Shown: positions 48,784 through 57,884 of the stretch, piece after piece | Position numbering within the stretch: the stretch's first letter is position 1 | How the letters are laid out: each line of letters starts with the position of its first letter | The notes under the pieces: generated by a model | Told to the model about the DNA's origin: nothing | Seen by the model: the letters and a program-made list of their open reading frames with translations, nothing else | Database searches by the model: none | Source: a virus | Lineage: Duplodnaviria > Caudoviricetes | DNA: 64,000 nucleotides | Virus record (IMG/VR): IMGVR_UViG_3300037067_008637 | Span: 28,041 to 92,040 of that record | Strand: one strand, 5' to 3' | Made by a program: the position numbers and the translations under genes

Positions 48784-49956
48784 TTATTCAGGAAGAGTGA
48801 TCGAATACCTATCAGGTCCTATCTTTTCCTTTTTCTGATCACGAAGATTTACAGGCAATCTCCAAGTGATTCCATGTCTAGGATGCACACCATGTATCCA
48901 TTGATACGGTTCAGAATAAGAAGAGAATCTTTCATACAAGAAAGGAGTAGTTGCAACCCACGAGCCATTAATGATCGTCTCGCCATTCAGATCCTGCATC
49001 ATAGTACTCTTATGAAAATGTCCAAAAACATAATACTGTACTGTTTTTCCTATGGAACTATTTAGTGCTGTTAATCTGCGTGTTTTCCGTTCTATTCCAT
49101 ACCACGGAAGAGAATTGTAGGATAGAATATCGTCTCCATGAAAGATTGAAAATCCATAACCGTTAATGTCAACATTGTAACTGTAACAATCCGGAATCAT
49201 AATTTGCAGATTTGTTATTTCCTTTGTCAACATCCGCATAGTTTCAAACACCAAATAATCCCAATTGTTTCTAGCACCTTCATAGTCTTTCTTTATGGAT
49301 CTTCTTCCATGGTTACCAGGCAAACACAAGATGTTAATTTGGCGGAAAAAAGGAGCTAAGTCCCGAATCATAAGAGCATTCATTTCTCCAACAGCTATGG
49401 AGTTTCTAAACATGTTCCTATAAAAACTTTTCGGTTCCGCTCCATGAATTTCTCCAGATACGTGGTCCCCATAAAATAGCATCCATAATACAGGAAAGCT
49501 TCGGGAAACCATATTTCTAGTAAAGTCTAATGTAGTTTCTACATACTTTTCCGCTCGACACAACGCAACTGTCAAATTGTAATTTTCAGTGCCTCCTACA
49601 TGGGAAGGAATTACTACTTGATCCGCATGCTGATCCGAAATATGCATTACTAAATGCTCAACATTTTCAGCTTCTTGGTTTTTCGAAACATCAATAATAG
49701 AAGGTAACGGGGAGATGGGTGTAATAAAATCCTTCATCTCGTCCGTTAACAATTCCAAAATTGAATTGTCTCGATAGGACAATTTTAGTTTTCGTTTTAG
49801 CTGTGCTATCTCTTCCTGTTTAGCTTGTAGCTTTCTTTCTAAATCTGTTACTCGTCCGTCTGGTCCGCTCGATTCTGGCATGGAAAAATCTCCTGTTATG
49901 TTCAAACTCGAACAACTTTGTAGTTTTTCCACAACTTGTGTGGGAGGATCACACAC
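48784..49956 (-). CDS. Calcineurin-like metallophosphoesterase
   Basis: SDQH, GD, GNHGR, HGD, GHFH; true start may be 49880. Confidence 0.8.
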   Translation of the reverse strand: MCDPPTQVVEKLQSCSSLNITGDFSMPESSGPDGRVTDLERKLQAKQEEIAQLKRKLKLSYRDNSILELLTDEMKDFITPISPLPSIIDVSKNQEAENVEHLVMHISDQHADQVVIPSHVGGTENYNLTVALCRAEKYVETTLDFTRNMVSRSFPVLWMLFYGDHVSGEIHGAEPKSFYRNMFRNSIAVGEMNALMIRDLAPFFRQINILCLPGNHGRRSIKKDYEGARNNWDYLVFETMRMLTKEITNLQIMIPDCYSYNVDINGYGFSIFHGDDILSYNSLPWYGIERKTRRLTALNSSIGKTVQYYVFGHFHKSTMMQDLNGETIINGSWVATTPFLYERFSSYSEPYQWIHGVHPRHGITWRLPVNLRDQKKEKIGPDRYSITLPE

Positions 49957-50011
49957 TTTTGCAACTCCTACGTGAAATTTGTTTCGCTGTTATTGTAGAG
50001 GTACGTATTTG

Positions 50012-51052
50012 TCATATCTTTCCGAACCATTTCAATTTCAATGAATCGAGTTTTCCAGATTTCTGTAACTTCAAAATTGACAAGCTAATCTTTTCTCGTA
50101 GTGGAGATCCTTGAGGTGTAACTATTCCGTAATCCTGTTTATAGAAAATATCTCCGACTAACATCATATTCTTTCTATCTTTGACAGCATTAAAAACGAA
50201 CGGAGCATCAAAAATAATTGCATCCAGTTTTTTAGCATCAAACAATTCAAGCAAGTCATCTGATTCATCACATTCTATATATTGAGCATTCAAAAAGCTT
50301 TTGACTTCTCCGCTTGTTGTTCCTTTGACAATCCCTATGGATTTTCCTTCTAAGTCAGAGATGGACTGAGTCTTCGGAAGAGATAATTGCATTTTGAAAG
50401 AACTGACTTCACCTACCACATTTGCAGCAATTCCCAATCCAATAAGCGTTAAAACAAATACGCCGATTCTTCCTGTCCATCTTCTCGCGACATAGTCTCC
50501 GTATCCTATTGTAGTAATAGTAATCCATACGTACCACATCGCAACAAAAATCCCTGGAAAATATGGATCATCTATATTACCAGATTCTTCCGGATTATCT
50601 TTCCCTTTCTCACAGAGCCATACAAGATGAGCAGCAATTATAATGACAATGAGTAGAAAACCAATACTCTTCCAAATTCCTGAATTGATCAGTATCATTG
50701 AAATTACAGATGGTGTTTCTTCCGTTCGAGCACCTATTAACAATCCTGAATTCATATATGGAGTTGAAAAATCAAACAGCTTTTCTCTATCTTCTGTAAG
50801 AGATACTCCCCCTATTAACAGATTTGCTCCTTGCTTTTCAAAATCAAATCTCTCAGGATTGGAAAGTTTTTTGTATGAAATATTCCAATTGTTATCCTCC
50901 CCAATCATATTCATAAGCTCTACATCGAAACCTTCCAATTGATTAGTTTCTTGAAATATCATTGGACGAAAGGCAGAATAACCAACAACGACATCTTCAG
51001 TAGGAACAGCCATACAAAAACTGGCAATTATCATGAACCCTAGTTGACACAT
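50012..51052 (-). CDS. GluR0-like ligand-gated potassium channel
   Basis: Amino-acid-binding lobes (GFDVEL, DREKLFDFSTPY; VKGTTS, DAIIFD, YGI) split by TM-pore-TM with TITTIGYGD filter. Confidence 0.88.
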   Translation of the reverse strand: MCQLGFMIIASFCMAVPTEDVVVGYSAFRPMIFQETNQLEGFDVELMNMIGEDNNWNISYKKLSNPERFDFEKQGANLLIGGVSLTEDREKLFDFSTPYMNSGLLIGARTEETPSVISMILINSGIWKSIGFLLIVIIIAAHLVWLCEKGKDNPEESGNIDDPYFPGIFVAMWYVWITITTIGYGDYVARRWTGRIGVFVLTLIGLGIAANVVGEVSSFKMQLSLPKTQSISDLEGKSIGIVKGTTSGEVKSFLNAQYIECDESDDLLELFDAKKLDAIIFDAPFVFNAVKDRKNMMLVGDIFYKQDYGIVTPQGSPLREKISLSILKLQKSGKLDSLKLKWFGKI

Positions 51053-51145
51053 ATTTTCACCTTCTTTCTTAAAATTTTGGGCAAAAAAGAATTGATGCTA
51101 AGCATCATAACCACATTAGTTAATATATATAGTCTGACGTGGACA

Positions 51146-51184
51146 AAGGGGAGGAACATTCAAATCATGAACATTCCTCCCCTT
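51146..51184 (-). terminator. Intergenic hairpin after pspA
   Basis: AAGGGGAGGAATGTTCA-TGATT-TGAATGTTCCTCCCCTT; 17 bp with two G-U pairs on the minus strand. Confidence 0.55.
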
Positions 51185-51203
51185 CAATATCATAGAAACT
51201 GAA

Positions 51204-51872
51204 TTACTTCTTCTCATCCGCCATCAATGCTTCAAGTTCTGCATCAACATCTCCTGCACCAGCATCATACTTTTCTGCAAGAGTCTGAGGAGCGCAATCC
51301 ATACCCGCAAGTTCTTCATGTGCTTCCGCAGTTGCTTCCGCTTCTTCAACTTCTGCTTCCAAATCATCCAAAACACTCAATGCGTCCGAACCACCAAAAC
51401 CTTCCGCAGTCTTCGCCATTGCTGCCCGCATATCAGCAGCATCTTTACGTGCCGCCAAAGTTGCGAGATTTGAATCGGCGTTTCGAACCTTTCGAGTCTG
51501 CATTTCCCGTTGCGCAAGCAATTGCTTATACAGATTATCATTCTGCGCAATCTGAGATTCCAAAACAGTGATTCGCTTCTGAAGAGCAGCTTTTTCTTCC
51601 AAAGCACTTCGGGCGTCATCCCTGTTACCAGCTTGAGCAGCCTTCTTGGAAACGGAATCCATCTTATCCCGATTAAGTTCGAGTTCATTCAAATCCCGTT
51701 TCATCTTGTTGGTTTGTGCCCGCATCGCAGCAATCTTTTCGGTAAACTCGGAAAGTTGCTTCTTTGCATCTTCGATGGCATACTTACCATCTCTTCGAGT
51801 ATCAGCCAAAGCTTTCTCGGCAGTGTCAGCTTGTTGGTGAACGATGTTTTGCAATTTCTTCCAAATTGACAT
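51204..51872 (-). CDS. PspA/IM30 family protein
   Basis: 222 aa coiled coil; MSIWKKL amphipathic start; AAQAGNRDDARSAL; DVDAELEAL end. Confidence 0.8.
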   Translation of the reverse strand: MSIWKKLQNIVHQQADTAEKALADTRRDGKYAIEDAKKQLSEFTEKIAAMRAQTNKMKRDLNELELNRDKMDSVSKKAAQAGNRDDARSALEEKAALQKRITVLESQIAQNDNLYKQLLAQREMQTRKVRNADSNLATLAARKDAADMRAAMAKTAEGFGGSDALSVLDDLEAEVEEAEATAEAHEELAGMDCAPQTLAEKYDAGAGDVDAELEALMADEKK

Positions 51873-51897
51873 TTTGTATTCTCCCTATATTTTTGAA

Positions 51898-52383
51898 TTA
51901 CAGATTGATTCCCACATTGCTATTAACAATTTCACGAATAACTGGAGCACAGTGAACAAGTGCCGTCTTTAGAGCATCTAGTTCCTTAACCAATTCCTCA
52001 ACTGACAAATCACCAAGAGGAATCGAATCAATGAGAACAACAGGAATAGTTGCTGTATCCAACACTTCAAACGAAGCATCATCTACTGCCGTGATTATTC
52101 CAAATGCAAACGGACTAATTCTGGTATTGTAGTCAAGGAGCATTGGAAGAATCTCATCCATACCCCAACTAATTTTCCCTAGAGATGAAACAAAATAGAC
52201 AAAATTCATTCTATTCATCTCATTGATGTTGATTGTGACTTGCCCTTTTTCAGTAATGTTGCAACGTAGAATTTCTCCATCCAATTCACATTTGTAATTC
52301 AATTCATGAAGGGCGTCAAACGCATCTTTCAAATTTTCAATCATTCTACAATCCTTTTTGTTTTCAACCGAGTACATCAACAT
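51898..52383 (-). CDS. YjfI/DUF2170-like protein
   Basis: LL..N...PFAFGI pattern; adjacent to the PspA gene. Confidence 0.4.
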   Translation of the reverse strand: MLMYSVENKKDCRMIENLKDAFDALHELNYKCELDGEILRCNITEKGQVTININEMNRMNFVYFVSSLGKISWGMDEILPMLLDYNTRISPFAFGIITAVDDASFEVLDTATIPVVLIDSIPLGDLSVEELVKELDALKTALVHCAPVIREIVNSNVGINL

Positions 52384-53044
52384 CAGACAATCTGATGCTA
52401 CAACCTAATAGCACGGAAACGAATCCACCGGAGTCCAACAATTTTCCATCCGTTTTCAAGAAAGATTCTTCAATCACAAGCATTCTCGGATTTTGAATTT
52501 CAGATTCTGTGCTGTATTCTGTAATCATATAAGCTCCCGCTAATTGCTCTGGAAGAATTAATCCGAACATTATGCCAGGATCTTTCATTTTGAATTCAGC
52601 ACATACTTCTTTTTCACCTTCTTGAATTGGAGGAACTGCTGGATATATTGCATAATCAAGATCGCATGGTTTCCAATCATCCTTTTCAGGAGCATCAAAT
52701 AACCATTTGATATCTTCTGCTATTAATCGTTCTCTTGTCATAACAGAAGTTGCGCCCATAGGATAATAAAACAACCCAATGTCATCCGAATCGATTTTTT
52801 CTCCGAGGATTCTTCTAACATACAACAGAATTGATTCATTCTTCGTATTCGTTAAACCAAGCAACGTCCACCTAATTGGAAGAGATTTTCTAAAAGTAGA
52901 GTCATACGCTGTTATAGATCTTTTCCAATTTACTTCGTATTCATCCGACGTAACTCCTTGTCCGGATTCCATACTAGAAAGAATTGCTTGTTCATCTGAA
53001 AATCTAATAATCACGCCTACTTTTACAGTTGTCAAATCATCCAT
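52364..53044 (-). CDS. YjfK/DUF2491-like protein
   Basis: C-terminal LVIEE...VSVLLGCSIRLSDVDVL; operon context. Confidence 0.35.
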   Translation of the reverse strand: MDDLTTVKVGVIIRFSDEQAILSSMESGQGVTSDEYEVNWKRSITAYDSTFRKSLPIRWTLLGLTNTKNESILLYVRRILGEKIDSDDIGLFYYPMGATSVMTRERLIAEDIKWLFDAPEKDDWKPCDLDYAIYPAVPPIQEGEKEVCAEFKMKDPGIMFGLILPEQLAGAYMITEYSTESEIQNPRMLVIEESFLKTDGKLLDSGGFVSVLLGCSIRLSDVDVLG

Positions 53045-53050
53045 TTTTGA

Positions 53051-53878
53051 TCACCCAATCTTTGTCTTATCCCAAAAACACCACAACAAACCAACAACAA
53101 CACAAACAGCTATGAAAACAATAAAAATAGCTAGAACCGGAGACTTATAAGGAACTGGTTCTCCCACGTAATACCCTTGCTGAGTCATCAATTTATCTTG
53201 GTGATCATTACTGGCCATGGATGCTACACTATACAAAATGAACAGATTGGTGATGGGATCCATATACCCATATCCGCCACCTGCTTGATTGTAACTGATT
53301 GTAACATCTTTTCCACCAATAGATTGCTTCTCTGGAATATAACTAGGACGAGCTGCAGGTTGACTAGCAAAGGTGCTTGGATACTTGGTATCTGCTGTCT
53401 TCTTAAAAGTTTCGACTGCTTCTGCCCTCGTCTTAAACGCTGTTCCATTTGTAGTTGCCGCTTTATACGCAGCCTGATCTGCTTTCTTTTCAGTTGACGT
53501 CATCTTGGTAGGAGTTCTCTTCCCGTTTAAAGCACCACCTTTGGTAACTTCTTGAGCAGCAATTGCTTTCTGACTTGGTGCTTTTGGTGCCGCCGGTTTG
53601 GCTGCAGGAGCAGACTTCGATCCCCATCCACTACTGCTTTTGCTTGGAGAGGATTTAGGAGAGGAAGAGGACTTAGAACCCCAACCTCCACCGGAAGATC
53701 TCCCACTAGAAAATCCACCACCCCGAGAACCTCCACTACTTCCACCTTTTGCCAAAATAAACGAATGATCAGTATTTGATATCACATTCTTTTCAATGAT
53801 GCTGGAGAATGCAGTCGTATTTGGAAACATTCCGAACATCAATACTAACGCACAGATGACTACAAAATACCGTTTCAT
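53051..53878 (-). CDS. Exported Gly/Ser-rich membrane-anchored protein
   Basis: Signal peptide, GS-rich tract, C-terminal TM helix. Confidence 0.6.
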   Translation of the reverse strand: MKRYFVVICALVLMFGMFPNTTAFSSIIEKNVISNTDHSFILAKGGSSGGSRGGGFSSGRSSGGGWGSKSSSSPKSSPSKSSSGWGSKSAPAAKPAAPKAPSQKAIAAQEVTKGGALNGKRTPTKMTSTEKKADQAAYKAATTNGTAFKTRAEAVETFKKTADTKYPSTFASQPAARPSYIPEKQSIGGKDVTISYNQAGGGYGYMDPITNLFILYSVASMASNDHQDKLMTQQGYYVGEPVPYKSPVLAIFIVFIAVCVVVGLLWCFWDKTKIG

Positions 53879-53918
53879 TTTTGAATTTCCTTTTTTGTAA
53901 AGTTTTGTTAAGTTTCAG

Positions 53919-54413
53919 TTATCCAAAATCAACTTCAAAATGTTTTTCTCTATGTTTTACAGTATGTCGTTCTTTTCTTTTTCTCGCTTCGTTTGCTTTG
54001 AAATCTTCTTTTAGTAAAGAATACCGGCGATCTCTGGATTTTCCTCCCAACGCATCATACGCATCAACTGCATCCAATATCGCAGTCCATGTTAATTTGT
54101 TATGGGATTTGAAAATATGATTGAACATCGCCTTTAGAGAACCTTTTTTTCTAAACTTGTTAAGTACAAATACGGTAGTAAGTTCTGCAGATTCTACACC
54201 TTTTCGATTGCAGATATAGAATACAATTACTCCGATAGGCTTTACTCCATCATATGAAAAAACATAGGTTTCTCCATTTGGTTCCAAAGTAAAATCCCAA
54301 GCAGCATTGTATAAGTCCTTACTAGCAGCGGCTAATACTCTTTTTTCTCGTGGAGGAAGAGTCCTACAATCATAAAATTTTCTGCAACGAATTACCATGA
54401 TCTTGACCCTCAT
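53919..54413 (-). CDS. GNAT-like acetyltransferase
   Basis: VFVLNKFRKKG motif A-like sequence. Confidence 0.45.
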   Translation of the reverse strand: MRVKIMVIRCRKFYDCRTLPPREKRVLAAASKDLYNAAWDFTLEPNGETYVFSYDGVKPIGVIVFYICNRKGVESAELTTVFVLNKFRKKGSLKAMFNHIFKSHNKLTWTAILDAVDAYDALGGKSRDRRYSLLKEDFKANEARKRKERHTVKHREKHFEVDFG

Positions 54414-54422
54414 ATTGAATTG

Positions 54423-54731
54423 TTATACGTTCAATTGTTTGTCCTCCAACAGTTGTGAATTCTTTTTCTTGTTCAATCTTGAATAATAGATGATTTGCCC
54501 AAGCCAAATTGTATTGGCAGTGACGACACCAATTCCTCCAATCCAACTTACTATCTGGGAAAGATGCTGATAATAATATAGATTCCAATATCCCCAAGAA
54601 GCGAAGAACGCTATGGGTAACCAATGAACGCCCTTGATACACTTATCGATGAACAATTTTCGGATGCTAAAACATATCGCGATTCCTCCGAATAATTCAT
54701 ATAACCCGTTGATACAATCCTGCCATTGCAT
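54423..54731 (-). CDS. Small three-helix membrane protein (PQ-loop/SemiSWEET-like)
   Basis: Three hydrophobic helices; K.IKGV..W..WNLYY. Confidence 0.45.
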   Translation of the reverse strand: MQWQDCINGLYELFGGIAICFSIRKLFIDKCIKGVHWLPIAFFASWGYWNLYYYQHLSQIVSWIGGIGVVTANTIWLGQIIYYSRLNKKKNSQLLEDKQLNV

Positions 54732-54741
54732 ATGGTTTCTC

Positions 54742-55143
54742 CTACGGAATTAATTTGATCTTTACAGCGAAATCTCTATCTGTCATATCTGAAATAAATA
54801 TATCCCAGGATTTGTATAAGATTAATTCGGTTTCTGAAATTCTAGGATCAAAAGACACCGTCCAAGAGAAACTGAATATTGGCATAATGTTTTGTAACTT
54901 GGGAACATCACTTATAGAATGGAAAAATGCCGCATGAATAGGATTAGCGATTATTATATGTGCGAATCCCACATTCGAGCTATATCTTGTCTGTTGCTCT
55001 CCTACAATAAATGCACGATGCAATTTGGTATAAACCTCACTGGAAGCAGATATTAACACGTTGAGAATTGTTTTATTGTATTCCCCTCTTGGTCCCGGAT
55101 ATCCTTTTGGGGGAGTCAAATTGAAACTGTGCTCTTGTATCAT
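54742..55143 (-). CDS. Hypothetical protein
   Basis: ORF in a dense gene run. Confidence 0.45.
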   Translation of the reverse strand: MIQEHSFNLTPPKGYPGPRGEYNKTILNVLISASSEVYTKLHRAFIVGEQQTRYSSNVGFAHIIIANPIHAAFFHSISDVPKLQNIMPIFSFSWTVSFDPRISETELILYKSWDIFISDMTDRDFAVKIKLIP

Positions 55144-55147
55144 TTTT

Positions 55148-55507
55148 TTATTCCTTCATTTTATCGATTTTTGCCTGTGCATCTTCTTTCGTTTTGTAAA
55201 TATCCTTAGGGATTATCAATTGCGGTTGATTTCCAATTTTGTATGAAATGTGTCCTTTGGAATCCGTATATCGCTCTTTGACAATACAAGGGCCGATAAT
55301 TTTATAAACGACGGAAGATTTGTATCTGACCACATATCCATCTCCGCCACAGTTCTCACACGTTACGTCGAAAGAACTACCGTCTTTTCCGTCAATCTCA
55401 AAATATCTAGATCCTGCACAAACTGGGCAGGTTTCTTCAGTCCTCTTACTAGTCGAATTTTTGTTGATAAGAAATACTCTCTCCCCTACATCATATACTC
55501 TGTCCAT
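55148..55507 (-). CDS. DnaJ-type zinc finger protein
   Basis: CPVCAG and CENCGGDG. Confidence 0.55.
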   Translation of the reverse strand: MDRVYDVGERVFLINKNSTSKRTEETCPVCAGSRYFEIDGKDGSSFDVTCENCGGDGYVVRYKSSVVYKIIGPCIVKERYTDSKGHISYKIGNQPQLIIPKDIYKTKEDAQAKIDKMKE

Positions 55508-55745
55508 AATTTCAGTCCTTCTATCTTGCAGGTGATTCCATGAATTGACGGCAACAATAAGCCGAGCAAAAATCATAGTTCTTCGTTTGCCCATTACAAC
55601 GATCAACAGAATTAACAGTCATACTAATCCATCCTGGAAAACCACTATTTCCAAATTTTTCAGGATTAAAACTTTCTTCTTTTTTGCATTGATCACAAAT
55701 TCTCAGTTCAAGTTTTTGTTTCATTTCTGTATCCTTTTTATTGAT

Positions 55746-55830
55746 TGGAGGAAGGTGAGGGATTCGAACCCCCAAGCCCGAAGGCGTCTGCTTTCGAAGC
55801 AGATGGATTAGCCAATTATCCTAACCTTCC
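55746..55830 (-). tRNA. tRNA-Ser(CGA)
   Basis: GGAAGGT/ACCTTCC acceptor, TCTGC-TTCGAAA-GCAGA anticodon arm, long variable arm, TTCGAAT loop, encoded CCA. Confidence 0.9.
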
Positions 55831-56148
55831 GTAATCAGATTGATATCCAAATATTTTGATATTTCTTTTCTTGCTTTCTCTCGATAATCTTCAACGACGC
55901 AAACAGGACAAGTGCAAGGCAAATTAACACAATCTCCACAATGCTTAGGAGCAGTTTCCAGTCCTGCTACCCAACCATCATATGCACGTTTAGCATCTTC
56001 AAATGTTGTAAAATCTCTAGTTGCATCCTGTGGATTTCCTTCAATTTCAAACGATGCATCCACAAGAATGTCGTCCAGATATACTAACACTGCGGCAATT
56101 TCATCAAGAGACGATGGATCTTTAAAATTATTCATTTCTTTTCCTATC

Positions 56149-56484
56149 TTAGTTGAAAAAGGTTCTCTCGAACATTTGTGGTTTTGGCAGATTGTTTTCT
56201 GCGGCACACTTATCCAACAAGCTCATGTCCAATTCTGATGGATCAGAACATTTATAATCTCTCCAATCTTCATCCTCATTCATATTGTGATCAATATCAG
56301 TCTCAACAGTTCCAACTCCAATAATATCATCGTCATCCCCACCGTACGTCTCAACGAATGGTAGATTTGCTTTTCTAAAAATCTCATAGTATCTACCATA
56401 TTCTTCCCCATCATCAAACGAATATCCATATATGCAAAAACTAGTAGCAGATGAATTGGATACAAACCCTTGTCTGATTTTCAT
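56149..56484 (-). CDS. NSSS-motif family protein 10
   Basis: MKIRQGFVSNSSATSF. Confidence 0.75.
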   Translation of the reverse strand: MKIRQGFVSNSSATSFCIYGYSFDDGEEYGRYYEIFRKANLPFVETYGGDDDDIIGVGTVETDIDHNMNEDEDWRDYKCSDPSELDMSLLDKCAAENNLPKPQMFERTFFN

Positions 56485-56726
56485 TATATTTTTTTCCTTA
56501 TAGCTGGATCCCAATGATCATATACTGGAAGAGAAACTTTATGACAATCACAGTTTCTCCAATCTAATGGAAGATGTATTCCAGGACCTCGTTCCATATA
56601 CATATTATGTTTTTCTAACCAAGATTTTCCAAAAGAGGCCCTATTGACTTGTTGATCGGTTAAGATAAATTCACCTTTTTCATTAAACAACATATTGGAA
56701 CCTTTCATTGAAAGATTAATTTTGAA

Positions 56727-56809
56727 TGGCGGAAGAGACAGGACTTGAACCTGCAAGGCCGAAGCCGGTAGAATAGCAATCTACTGCCTTACCATTAGAC
56801 TACTCTTCC
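56727..56809 (-). tRNA. tRNA-Ser(GCT)
   Basis: GGAAGAG/CTCTTCC, GTAGA-TTGCTAT-TCTAC, variable arm, GCCA end. Confidence 0.9.
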
Positions 56810-56815
56810 ATTTCT

Positions 56816-57172
56816 TCACAATATGAATCTTGGGATTTCTTTTACAGAATAATCCGTTAGATTCAAAACATCTATCAATTCATTGAACACATCCATTGGT
56901 TTAGTATTACCACAAGTGAATATGTCCATAGCAATTAATCCTAAATCTGCATAACTATGAGCAGAACAATGACTCTCATCCAACAATATTACTAGAGCAA
57001 AACCTGGGGGACTATTATGCCCCAAATGATATCTTGCTTGAGACAATACTGTAGCCCCCGCGTGTTCAACCGCAGCAACTAACACTTTCAAAAATCTTCC
57101 GTCATCTAAACATATATCTTCTGGAACATTTTTGAAATCTACAATCAAATGGGTACCTTTTGCCTTTTCCAA
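56816..57172 (-). CDS. speD: S-adenosylmethionine decarboxylase proenzyme
   Basis: GTHLIVD, LLDESHCSAHSY self-cleavage motif, DIFTCG. Confidence 0.9.
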   Translation of the reverse strand: MEKAKGTHLIVDFKNVPEDICLDDGRFLKVLVAAVEHAGATVLSQARYHLGHNSPPGFALVILLDESHCSAHSYADLGLIAMDIFTCGNTKPMDVFNELIDVLNLTDYSVKEIPRFIL

Positions 57173-57513
57173 CTCATATAACCTCCCAGGACAGTCATGT
57201 CCGATTTTTGATTGACAAAGCTAGTACGCATATTTTGCTTTGGCAGATCAGATCTTGTTAGTTGAGCATTTCGCTCGTATGTATTATTTGTTCAGATCTT
57301 CAATTGATCATTTCTTGTTACATTTTTTGACTTTCCAGGCATCTACAATCAAACCTTTTCCCAATTCAAAAAAGGTATCTCCACCAGCAGCTTGTATGAT
57401 GCTCTTGACTTTCTCTTTGGTGAAGTCAACAAATACATTCTTTTTGGGTTTGACTGTATCCCCGACTTTGATTGATTTGTCATAGGTTTGCATGATGTCA
57501 CCTTTTTTGAGTT

Positions 57514-57588
57514 TGGCGCTTCGTAGGGGAATTGAACCCCTGTTTATGGATCGACAATCCATTGTTCTTGCCACTGAACTAACGAAGC
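57514..57588 (-). tRNA. tRNA-Asp(GTC)
   Basis: GCTTCGT/ACGAAGC, ATGGA-TTGTCGA-TCCAT, GCCA end. Confidence 0.9.
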
Positions 57589-57591
57589 AAT

Positions 57592-57678
57592 TGGTACCGG
57601 AGAAGAGATTTGAACTCTCACTACCCTACTGGGTATCTGCTTTTGAGACAGACGTGTCAGCCATTGCACCACTCCGGC
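57592..57678 (-). tRNA. tRNA-Leu(CAA)
   Basis: GCCGGAG/CTCCGGT, TCTGT-CTCAAAA-GCAGA, variable arm, ACCA end. Confidence 0.9.
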
Positions 57679-57884
57679 AATGTTGAAAAACCATTGCAAT
57701 CAAAGGATTGACTGGATGATTTGGCGGATGATCCTTGATTGCTGCTTGCAATATTTTCGCAATTTCTTCTTTCGTCACTTTGTTTTTCCTCTTGATGCTG
57801 GTTTGAAATGATGAGCATGAAGGATCTCACGAATCGTTCCTGATTGTTACTTACAGATGGGATTCGAACCCATAGTTACCAAGT

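Noticed and set aside
12959-51132. TATATA / (A/G)GA(A)CAAA intergenic motifs as phage promoters (near 12960, 32060, 51121)
   Set aside because: Too few, with inconsistent orientation and spacing in an AT-rich background, to support without statistics
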